This document shows positions 9,695 through 17,078 of a DNA stretch of 64,000 bases, piece by piece. Location: IMG/VR virus record IMGVR_UViG_3300043540_000178, positions 6,864 through 70,863 of that record. One strand, given 5' to 3'. Numbering within the stretch: the first letter of the stretch is position 1; the number at the start of each line of letters is the position of its first letter. The notes under the pieces are model-generated. The model made no database searches. It was not told the DNA's origin and saw only the letters and a list, made by a program, of their open reading frames with translations. Source of the DNA: a virus. Position numbers and translations under genes: made by a program.

Positions 9695-9810
9695 CACTAC
9701 AGCATCATAAATGCCAGGGTTGAGTGGAATTAAATAATTTTCGTTATTGTCGCTTTCAGGTTATCTGGAACGTAACCTTATGGAGAGCCAGACATCAGAA
9801 TGTAATAGTG
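9695..9810 (-). ncRNA. Candidate structured small RNA at the 3' end of the tRNA operon
   Basis: Ends pair (CACUAU/GUAGUG, GAUGUC/GGCAUU) and enclose AGGUUA/UAACCU and AAUAA/UUAUU hairpins. No convincing ORF. Confidence 0.4.
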
Positions 9811-9812
9811 TT

Positions 9813-9905
9813 TGGCGGAAGAGAGGAGAGTCGAACTCCTAAGGGTAAGGTCATTACCTCAACTGTTTTCAAGACAGGTGCCATCGCCATTTGGCTTGCT
9901 CTTCC
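9813..9905 (-). tRNA. tRNA-Ser (TGA)
   Basis: CTGT-CTTGAAA-ACAG, long variable arm, G discriminator + CCA. Confidence 0.92.
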
Positions 9906-9947
9906 ATTGTTTCATTAAATAATACAATTATACTATGACTGCACGTT

Positions 9948-10034
9948 TGGTGGGAGTGGAGGGACTCGAACCCACACACCATTTCTGATACGGACTTCTA
10001 AGGACCGCTCGGCTACCAATTACGACACACTCCC
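9948..10034 (-). tRNA. tRNA-Leu (TAG)
   Basis: Loop CTTAGAA, long variable arm, GTTCGAGTC, ACCA. Confidence 0.88.
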
Positions 10035-10050
10035 AATAACAAATTAATAG

Positions 10051-10197
10051 CTACATCTTAATACCATGAGTGGTATCAAATAACTTTTTTGTTTCTACGT
10101 TTGATTTCCTGCGCATGGCTTTGAATGATTTTCCATGCACTCCACATTTTCTTTTCCAGCAATGAAGCTGAATCATGTTACGCAATTTCAACTTCAT
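10051..10197 (-). CDS. Small basic protein (48 aa) inside the tRNA cluster
   Basis: AAGGA SD; MKLKLRNMIQLHCWKRKCGVHGKSFKAMRRKSNVETKK…. Confidence 0.5.
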   Translation of the reverse strand: MKLKLRNMIQLHCWKRKCGVHGKSFKAMRRKSNVETKKLFDTTHGIKM

Positions 10198-10249
10198 TTC
10201 TGATTCCTTTATGAGTGATGAACATTCATTAACGAGTTCACAATTAAAA

Positions 10250-10324
10250 TGGTTGCGGACGCAGGACTTGAACCTGCAACTATGGGGAATGAACCCATCG
10301 TGATACCAATTTCACTAATCCGCG
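10250..10324 (-). tRNA. Initiator tRNA-fMet (CAT)
   Basis: C1:A72 mismatch, three G-C pairs in the anticodon stem (ATGGG-TTCATTC-CCCAT), ACCA. Confidence 0.88.
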
Positions 10325-10331
10325 ATTGTTT

Positions 10332-10406
10332 TGGTGGGTCTTCAGGGGAACGATCCCTGCCTCCTCGGTTATGAGCCGAGCACTCTCACCAGTGAGTTAC
10401 AGACCC
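10332..10406 (-). tRNA. tRNA-Met elongator or tRNA-Ile2 (CAT)
   Basis: CTCGG-CTCATAA-CCGAG, atypical T-loop ATCGTTC, ACCA. Confidence 0.8.
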
Positions 10407-10435
10407 ATATCTTCAAATTGATGTGTAATGTTATT

Positions 10436-10512
10436 TGGTGTCCGAGATGGGATTCGAACCCATACTTAAGAGATTTTAAGTCTCTTGCCTCTACCAATTG
10501 CGCTACTCGGAC
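10436..10512 (-). tRNA. tRNA-Leu (TAA), short variable loop
   Basis: AGAGA-CTTAAAA-TCTCT, GTTCGAATC, ACCA, 77 nt. Confidence 0.88.
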
Positions 10513-10516
10513 AAGC

Positions 10517-10590
10517 TGGTAGGAGTGCAGGGAGTCGAACCCCAGCTAAAGGTTTTGGAGACCTTTGTGCTACCGTAACACTTCACTCCT
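10517..10590 (-). tRNA. tRNA-Trp (CCA)
   Basis: AAGGT-CTCCAAA-ACCTT, GTTCGACTC, CCA. Confidence 0.9.
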
Positions 10591-10631
10591 AATGATTTCT
10601 CATGCATCGCTTTATTCCATAATATACATTA

Positions 10632-10705
10632 TCGGCGATGCTGGATTTGAACCAGCGATCTTCTGTTCCCAAAACAGACGGATTACCAAGCTTTCCCAAT
10701 CGCCG
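10632..10705 (-). tRNA. tRNA-Pro (TGG), CCA not encoded
   Basis: CGG 5' end, TCTGT-TTTGGGA-ACAGA, GTTCAAATC. Confidence 0.9.
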
Positions 10706-10770
10706 ACAATGCATACTACTTAACATTTTAGTAATTTAATTACAATATCATTAGTTGTAGTTTAGGAAAC

Positions 10771-10855
10771 TGGTGCTGGAGGTGAGACTCGAACTCACGT
10801 AAGGTTTCCCTGGTGGCTTACAAAACCACTGCAATTGCCGCTATGCGACTCCAGC
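10771..10855 (-). tRNA. tRNA-Thr (TGT) with long variable arm
   Basis: GTGGT-TTTGTAA-GCCAC, extra arm CAGGGAAACCTTAC, G1-C72/C2-G71, ACCA. Confidence 0.8.
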
Positions 10856-10867
10856 ATAATTTTAATT

Positions 10868-10943
10868 TGGTGCGGGTACGGCGGATTCGAACCCCGTCTT
10901 ATAGATTGGAAGTCTATCGTGCAACCGGTAACACTTTACCCGC
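10868..10943 (-). tRNA. tRNA-Gly (TCC)
   Basis: GCG 5' end, ATAGA-CTTCCAA-TCTAT, GTTCGAATC, CCA. Confidence 0.9.
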
Positions 10944-11173
10944 ATTTTGCACACTTTAAAAATACTCACAATAGAATATGTATAATTAAATGTCCCATTA
11001 ACCTAGATGGACTATCCATTCCAAGTTATACAGAAACACTTTAATTATATTAGCATTATTCGCTCCATAAGAACTCATCTCCGCTAACCCGCCCGTTCTT
11101 ATTTTATTATACTGACTTGGATGGCCCTCGTTGCTCTTGTCAGTTGACCATCATCTGATGAATCATGTATACC

Positions 11174-11201
11174 ATTCTACATGAATTTTTTAATTTTGCA
11201 A
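11174..11201 (-). promoter_or_regulatory. Probable promoter of the tRNA operon
   Basis: TTGCAA-16nt-TAGAAT, just downstream of a terminator. Confidence 0.55.
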
Positions 11202-11236
11202 GTAGAATAACTAACTTCAATTTACGTTCTTGAAAT

Positions 11237-11271
11237 AAAACAAAATGCCCTGAAACTTTCATCTCAGGGCA
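11237..11271 (-). terminator. Intrinsic terminator
   Basis: TGCCCTGA stem followed by TTTTGTTTT on the minus strand. Confidence 0.7.
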
Positions 11272-11326
11272 CTTAACGAAGTAAAAATATAGTGCTCTTA
11301 TTATAATGTTTATTTATTATACTTTA

Positions 11327-11587
11327 TTACCTTGCAATGACGAAGTCGGTTGTAGCTTCAAGATATGCCTTCTCAATGTTCTGGGGCGCAGGTATTTCTG
11401 TTAGAATTAATGCCATGTTAATAGATATTGTTGCGTCTGGTGCAACCATTATAAATGGTATCAATCCTGCTTGACTATCAGGCATGATTCTAAATACACG
11501 CACCTTTTCATAAACATTTTCATTTCCAACCTTAGTTGCAATGATCTCATCACCAGTGATACTTTTCAACACCACAATCTTACTCAT
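11327..11587 (-). CDS. Small T4-like conserved protein (possible Sm-like fold)
   Basis: IVVLKSITGDEIIA…GLIPF…AYLEATT pattern. Confidence 0.6.
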   Translation of the reverse strand: MSKIVVLKSITGDEIIATKVGNENVYEKVRVFRIMPDSQAGLIPFIMVAPDATISINMALILTEIPAPQNIEKAYLEATTDFVIAR

Positions 11588-11596
11588 TTATTCTCC

Positions 11597-12322
11597 TTAA
11601 TTAAATTTCAAACTCGAGGCAATTTCAATATCACGAATATTAACTTTGTATTTCTTAAACAGCTCATGTTCATGTTCACCGTTAGGTATCAAGTATGCTT
11701 CTACAGTATTAGTTGTCGGAATAATAATAACTTTCCATGAGAAGTCAGGAACGACAACACCTGAACCTATGTGTTTGGATGTGTGTGAGTACACCGTTCC
11801 AGAAATAATATAAACAGTTCCATACTTTAATGCAAGTTTATGACTATAATTTTCCAATGCATGCCAAATACCACGATTAAAATTGTACCATTGTGCATGC
11901 ATATTAATCATATCAAAGGATTCATACATTGCATCAGCATCAGTGGTGAATAATTCAGCTTCAGCCAGATGACCTTTATCGTAATTTGTTCCTACAAAGT
12001 CACTTGGTTTTGCAGTAGGTACTGTATCATCAACATGAAACTCATTTATGCGTTTAACTGTGCCACCTAACTCATCTGCTGTTAATTTTGTGGCAACATA
12101 AATAGGTGTTTTATTTGTCACATCATAAGCCACACCATAACGTTTCATACATTTAAACGCAATTTGTGATTGAATCTCTATAGTAGGATACGATGATGGG
12201 ACAAATGACGGGCATTTTTCATCAAGCGGATTTGCTAGTACACTAATTGCATGAAACGTTATTGCAGCTATACTAACAATGGTAGATATGCTTATAGATG
12301 TTATAAATTTATTATTAGTCAT
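11597..12322 (-). CDS. DNA/RNA non-specific endonuclease (NucA/EndA-like) with signal peptide
   Basis: YDKGHLA active site, ESF.M.NM..Q…FNRGIW..LE, VPD..WKVI and a hydrophobic N-terminus. Confidence 0.9.
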   Translation of the reverse strand: MTNNKFITSISISTIVSIAAITFHAISVLANPLDEKCPSFVPSSYPTIEIQSQIAFKCMKRYGVAYDVTNKTPIYVATKLTADELGGTVKRINEFHVDDTVPTAKPSDFVGTNYDKGHLAEAELFTTDADAMYESFDMINMHAQWYNFNRGIWHALENYSHKLALKYGTVYIISGTVYSHTSKHIGSGVVVPDFSWKVIIIPTTNTVEAYLIPNGEHEHELFKKYKVNIRDIEIASSLKFN

Positions 12323-12329
12323 TGATTAT

Positions 12330-12857
12330 TTACTCATTAAAAAGTGAAATGAATTGTTCTGCTTGATTTTTTGCATCTTCAAGAGCAGAATGTGTATTAC
12401 CCTTAGATAACCTAGTATCAACCAGTACTGCAATTGTTCTAAGATCCAACTCAACCCAGTGAGGCCAAGGTCGTTTTATACCTGTTGCTTCATATGATGA
12501 GCGAATTAGACCGAAGTCGAACACTGCACCATTTGCTAACATAAAAGTTGTTTTCCAATCTACATCCGCAAGAAAAGTGTTAAACTGATTTAATGCATCA
12601 GGTAGAGATTGTTTGTTAACTTGCCAAGTGCGGCGAATATTTATTGGTTGTTCAGCCCACCAATTAATAGTTTCTAGTTCTATGTCAAGATTATACTCTA
12701 GACTTGAATGTGAATCAATATTTACACTAAATTCTTTAGTCAATCCGCCTTCAATGGTAAAGAACACTGCACCAATAGATACAATGACTCCATTTTGTTT
12801 TGTGCTCAATGTTTCCAAGTCAAAAGAAACAAATGTTTTATTCAATAAATGGTTCAT
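12330..12857 (-). CDS. DEDD 3'-5' exonuclease (DexA/exo VIII-like)
   Basis: FDLETL…IVSIGAV, ANGAVFD, DLRT, HSALEDA. Confidence 0.88.
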   Translation of the reverse strand: MNHLLNKTFVSFDLETLSTKQNGVIVSIGAVFFTIEGGLTKEFSVNIDSHSSLEYNLDIELETINWWAEQPINIRRTWQVNKQSLPDALNQFNTFLADVDWKTTFMLANGAVFDFGLIRSSYEATGIKRPWPHWVELDLRTIAVLVDTRLSKGNTHSALEDAKNQAEQFISLFNE

Positions 12858-12882
12858 TAGTATGTTTCATTAATTATGAAAT

Positions 12883-13254
12883 TTACAAAATTATTTTAAA
12901 ATTGTTACCTTTTATTGGAACTTCGGTAGCGACAAGGTTATATCGTTCAATCCATACAGGACTCAATGGTGTCAGGTATAGTGCAGGTTCAAAACCATTT
13001 TCTCTTAGAGAGTCACGTATATGAGAACATAAATTTCTAAATTTCCCTTTACCTCTGAACTCCGCTTTTCGATATGATTTTTCATCCCCAGAAAATGAAC
13101 CAACAGAATTAAGGATAATCTTATCATTAATTATCTCTATGTCAATAGGTAAACCATCAATCCATGCAGTTCCGGGTAAGATATTCTCGTCCTTAAATTC
13201 AATAGACACTTGCGCTTTTTGTGCAATGTATCTTAGTAGATCATTTTCTTTCAT
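12883..13254 (-). CDS. Hypothetical protein with a GNAT-like motif
   Basis: EFRGKGKFRNL resembles the acetyl-CoA-binding motif A. Confidence 0.45.
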   Translation of the reverse strand: MKENDLLRYIAQKAQVSIEFKDENILPGTAWIDGLPIDIEIINDKIILNSVGSFSGDEKSYRKAEFRGKGKFRNLCSHIRDSLRENGFEPALYLTPLSPVWIERYNLVATEVPIKGNNFKIIL

Positions 13255-13269
13255 GTTTTAGAATCTACT

Positions 13270-13845
13270 TCATTCACAGTAAGAACTTCTCGATTTTGGT
13301 GTCTCATACCAATCAACTTGAGAAACTTTCACACCCAATGGTTTCATTTTTTCTTTTACAATATCAAAGAGCCATTTTGATAAATTTTCACTTGTCGGAA
13401 CAAAATCAACAATGAAGAATCCTTCCAATGTTTCATAAACAGGAAGGGTTGAATCAATCCCTTCTACATTGATCTCATAACCAACCAATTTATTTTCTAC
13501 AAAAACTTTATCTAACTTTATATGTCGTTTTGTATTTGAGTCAACTTCCTCGTAGAGCTGTACTACCAGTGTGTTATACATAGGATCATTTATATCAATG
13601 ATAAACTTATGGTCAAGTGTATCATCAAGGAAAGTTTTCAACCAACCCAGATGCTTGAAGTCTGTAACCATACCACGTTCTAGTGCATCAGCTTCAAGAA
13701 AAACATGAACCAATCCTTCATGTCCATGCAAGTGACGACATTTACAAGATGTGTCACCTTTTTCACAGAATTGGCTTTCTAGTTTCTGACTCCACACTCT
13801 ATGCCCATAACAAAACGAAAATGATTTATCAATTCTCCAACCCAT
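13270..13845 (-). CDS. queD: 6-carboxy-5,6,7,8-tetrahydropterin synthase
   Basis: F..GHR, CRHLHGH, GMVTDF, LDHKF, PTSENL, ETPKS. Confidence 0.92.
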   Translation of the reverse strand: MGWRIDKSFSFCYGHRVWSQKLESQFCEKGDTSCKCRHLHGHEGLVHVFLEADALERGMVTDFKHLGWLKTFLDDTLDHKFIIDINDPMYNTLVVQLYEEVDSNTKRHIKLDKVFVENKLVGYEINVEGIDSTLPVYETLEGFFIVDFVPTSENLSKWLFDIVKEKMKPLGVKVSQVDWYETPKSRSSYCE

Positions 13846-13900
13846 TATAATTCCTTCTTTATTAAGTTTAATAATATCAACTACTGTTTCAATGTCAAGA

Positions 13901-14167
13901 TCACATATCTGCCCAACTAATTTTAATTATGAATCCATGATCGCACAAGACCTTCTTTGCAATTTTGACGCACTGATAATTGTCAACTTTTGTGTTATTA
14001 AAACCCTCACTGTGCTTGTCATAGGCATACTGATAGTTTGCTTGGATAATTTGCCTCAATGCCTCAACATAAGGTTTATCAGATTCATAGATATAATCTC
14101 TATTTTCCAGTAGAACATGATATTTTCTATTTCCCATCAGATAACATCCTCTCAAAATTCTATCCAC
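13901..14167 (-). CDS. Hypothetical protein
   Basis: ORF in operon; start probably at MGNRK. Confidence 0.55.
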   Translation of the reverse strand: MDRILRGCYLMGNRKYHVLLENRDYIYESDKPYVEALRQIIQANYQYAYDKHSEGFNNTKVDNYQCVKIAKKVLCDHGFIIKISWADM

Positions 14168-15045
14168 GGATTACCTACTATGAATGTCTTTACTCCAAGT
14201 TCCTGCCACATTCTGATAACCGATGGTCTATCATCAATGACAAAGTGGACATTGTAATTAGGTGCAATATCACGCCAAAAAATCTCTTCCTTGACCACTG
14301 TATCCTTGCGTATGTCATTTTGTTCACGCATGATAAGACAGTCATGCATAACATCATTATCCATCAACCACTTTGATGTCTTATTGTAACAAGATCCATC
14401 ACGACCTGAAAGGATTATAATTTTTCCGGCTGAATTAACTTTCTTCCAGCCATTAACTAACTCACGAACGCAATGGTCAACTATATCAAGGTCAACCTTA
14501 TCCCACTCAAATGCACCGCGCTTGCCGTTCATGTGTGCAAGAGTCCCATCAATATCGACTAAAATGCACTTTGGTTTTGTTTCATCTGCAGTATAACGTT
14601 TACGTCCAATTGTTTCCAGAAACTCTTTATACTGTTTTGCAATAACTGAATGACCAACACCATTCTTGCGAGCAGCATCACGCCTCCATGCTTCTTCAAG
14701 AGAAACATAAAACACTTTAACAATGACAGTGAAACCAAGTGATTCAAGCTCTTTAATCATTGAATTTCGGCGATTTGTATTCAAGTTAGTATCCGAAATA
14801 TAAACAGATTTTTTTTGGTTAGCGCATTCCCTAATTTTCTCCCATGCAATAATGGTAACCTCTTTCTCGCGCTTCCAGTCCCATGTATCCCATGAGAATA
14901 CCTCGCCATCAGATTCTACAAGCCGCTTGCGAATATTATCACGATTGACTTCCACACGATTAATAGGATCAACTGCACACCACTGCATGGCATCCGTAGA
15001 CTTTCCAGATGCAGAAATTCCAATAGATACAATTGCTTCTTTCAT
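14152..15045 (-). CDS. pseT: Polynucleotide 5'-kinase/3'-phosphatase
   Basis: GISASGKST, NRDNIR, DTNLN, HAD DIDGTLA, SGR, DDRPSV. Confidence 0.95.
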   Translation of the reverse strand: MKEAIVSIGISASGKSTDAMQWCAVDPINRVEVNRDNIRKRLVESDGEVFSWDTWDWKREKEVTIIAWEKIRECANQKKSVYISDTNLNTNRRNSMIKELESLGFTVIVKVFYVSLEEAWRRDAARKNGVGHSVIAKQYKEFLETIGRKRYTADETKPKCILVDIDGTLAHMNGKRGAFEWDKVDLDIVDHCVRELVNGWKKVNSAGKIIILSGRDGSCYNKTSKWLMDNDVMHDCLIMREQNDIRKDTVVKEEIFWRDIAPNYNVHFVIDDRPSVIRMWQELGVKTFIVGNPWIEF

Positions 15046-15051
15046 TTTACA

Positions 15052-16185
15052 TTATCCTGCAAAATTAGAATTGTACACATTCTTTAAACTATACTTTGAC
15101 TTCATAATATTTTTCAAAAAATATTCAACGTATTCAGGCTCTTTACCACGCATGTTTTGCATAATCAAACCGAAATATGGGTGACCATTTAATGAAAGTG
15201 CAGCTTCTTTAAAAGATGTGTTATTGGCAATCAATGTTTCAGTTATACTTTCTACCTGACTACGAACAGAAGAAATATCGTCAGATACGGATTTTTCAAT
15301 CTGTTCAATCTTCGTCAAATCCAAACCAGCATCAGTGACAGATGATTTAATATCATCTAGTTTTTCTAGTGCAGCCAGTTCAGCAACATCCCGCTCACGT
15401 AAACCTGTTTGCACACGATGTTGTTGCAAATACCACTTTGTCTTTACTTTATAAAATTCATTCTTCACAATGTCAAATACAATCCAGCCTTCAATATTTT
15501 TTGCGGTTTCATGTAACTCAACCATGTCTTTCTGAAAATTATCCCATACCTTGACAGGAGCACTAGGCATTGTAGGAAATCCATTTTCTTTCAATAGAAG
15601 ATCACGCAAATAAATCCCATCAGTCATTCGACGAGAATTTAACCACCATGTACAAGGGATATCACCATAAGGAATAACAATCCTCCAATCTGGATGATAG
15701 AATTCAAAAATTGGCGATATCCCATTTGCTGCCAACTGAATTATGTTATCTGTCCATACATTAGCATTTTCCTGTTTCCAGAACCACTTGGTGAATTCTT
15801 GTGCAACATCTGAGTAAAAAGACTTCTTGGTCTTGAAATAAACATTGCCATTAATGACAACGGCATTAATCATTGATCCATCCATCTTGTCAAATGTGTA
15901 ATTTGTGATATTATTCCAGTTGATATTATATGAAAGAGTTTCTTCACGCTCACCAACGTTAAAAAACTTGTGAAATGCAACACCAATTAATTCACCAGTG
16001 GATTTCAGATAAGTATGGCCCCTCAGTTCACGAGAAAATGGCATATCCCAAAACTTAGAATCAGCAATCATATAACACGGAATTACAACGTCCACATCAC
16101 CAACTGTTTCTTCTTTGAATTGAACTCGTGGATCAGTTCGGAAGTGTTCTAAGTCAGATAAATTTTGTGGAATTTTAAAAATCAT
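15052..16185 (-). CDS. rnlA: RNA ligase 1 (T4 Rnl1-like)
   Basis: RELRG, FHKFFNVGE, KMDGSMI, FEF, RIVIPY, EGWI, KVKTKWY; adjacent to pseT. Confidence 0.92.
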   Translation of the reverse strand: MIFKIPQNLSDLEHFRTDPRVQFKEETVGDVDVVIPCYMIADSKFWDMPFSRELRGHTYLKSTGELIGVAFHKFFNVGEREETLSYNINWNNITNYTFDKMDGSMINAVVINGNVYFKTKKSFYSDVAQEFTKWFWKQENANVWTDNIIQLAANGISPIFEFYHPDWRIVIPYGDIPCTWWLNSRRMTDGIYLRDLLLKENGFPTMPSAPVKVWDNFQKDMVELHETAKNIEGWIVFDIVKNEFYKVKTKWYLQQHRVQTGLRERDVAELAALEKLDDIKSSVTDAGLDLTKIEQIEKSVSDDISSVRSQVESITETLIANNTSFKEAALSLNGHPYFGLIMQNMRGKEPEYVEYFLKNIMKSKYSLKNVYNSNFAG

Positions 16186-16258
16186 TTCCCCTAGAATTCA
16201 ACATGCATTATATAGTTTTGTTAAGCACCAACGATTACATCAAACATGATTCATTCTC

Positions 16259-16417
16259 CTAAACATCAAACTGTTCGTCGAACATCATAGCCACCATACA
16301 AGTAATACCACAAGTTATTAGCATAATACCCATATCTTTATATGATGGCATTATAAAACACAAAATAAAACAGATAAAAGAACAAACATAAAAGAATATT
16401 GATATTGATTTACGCAT
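16259..16417 (-). CDS. Small two-helix membrane protein (52 aa)
   Basis: GAGG SD; MRKSISIFFYVCSFICFILCFIMP…. Confidence 0.5.
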   Translation of the reverse strand: MRKSISIFFYVCSFICFILCFIMPSYKDMGIMLITCGITCMVAMMFDEQFDV

Positions 16418-16577
16418 AATTAGCCTCACAATCACAAATTGGAATAACTATCACATCTTCAATATTAAAAAGGTATTGATCTACAATTAGTTGTTGTACT
16501 TGCAATGAAGACATACTCCTATTGAAGTATAATGTATCGAAAAAACGATTACCCAAATATACATCAAACATCATCAT
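16410..16577 (-). CDS. Small hypothetical protein (55 aa)
   Basis: GAGGA SD, downstream of an early promoter. Confidence 0.5.
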   Translation of the reverse strand: MMMFDVYLGNRFFDTLYFNRSMSSLQVQQLIVDQYLFNIEDVIVIPICDCEANYA

Positions 16578-16607
16578 TTTATTTTCCTCTGTTAATTAAT
16601 AATTTTC

Positions 16608-16658
16608 ATTATATATTAATCAACTATCTTTGCAAGGTAGTTTATTAACTATCTGATT
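16608..16658 (-). promoter_or_regulatory. Early promoter with IHF-like box
   Basis: AATCAGATAGTTA-10nt-TTGCAA-16nt-TATAAT. Confidence 0.7.
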
Positions 16659-16755
16659 TATTTTGGAAATTTCAATTAAATTGTAATGAAAATCAATATA
16701 TTGATGGACTACATAATTCTTTCTCAGATTGTTCTATTAAGAGAATTAAATTATT

Positions 16756-17070
16756 AATCATCATCCTAGATTTGAACGTGATTTTGCTATTCAGCGAAAA
16801 TCACGAGAATTGTCATCCTGAGTTCTCATTGTGAACTATAGAGTCAAACCTTTAAGGTATGGTTGGGTCACGCTGTACACCATTTACTTGACTGTTTATT
16901 GTGGCGCATGATTGCAACTGCCCTATAGTCGACAATTGTTGCAATCATTGTAGGTTGCTTCACAAGCAGAGCCTACTCCGTTTTTACTACGATCTGAAAA
17001 CAGCGCCACTGTCCCTGAAGGTGTGGTTGCTTTGGGAACTAGATAATTCCCCAGGTCAGCTTTAATGATT
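16756..17070 (-). ncRNA. Large multi-helix structured non-coding element (strand inferred from neighbours)
   Basis: ORF-free, GC-richer than flanks, many nested inverted repeats, paired ends and a potential pseudoknot. Confidence 0.6.
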
Positions 17071-17078
17071 CTTACTTA

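Noticed and set aside
9813-10512. tRNAs with TGA/TAG/TAA anticodons as suppressors or evidence of recoding
   Set aside because: These are anticodons reading UCA, CUA and UUA. Core genes are intact in the standard code and end in all three stops.
10771-10855. Reading this tRNA as Tyr (GTA)
   Set aside because: A GTA-centred 7-nt loop leaves no pairing anticodon stem, and acceptor C2-G71 fits Thr.
11112-11152. Pseudoknot as an HDV-like (theta) ribozyme or preQ1 riboswitch
   Set aside because: There is no P3/P1.1 element, it lies upstream rather than at a tRNA 3' end, and the preQ1-I A-rich tail geometry does not fit. Kept only as an unassigned structure.
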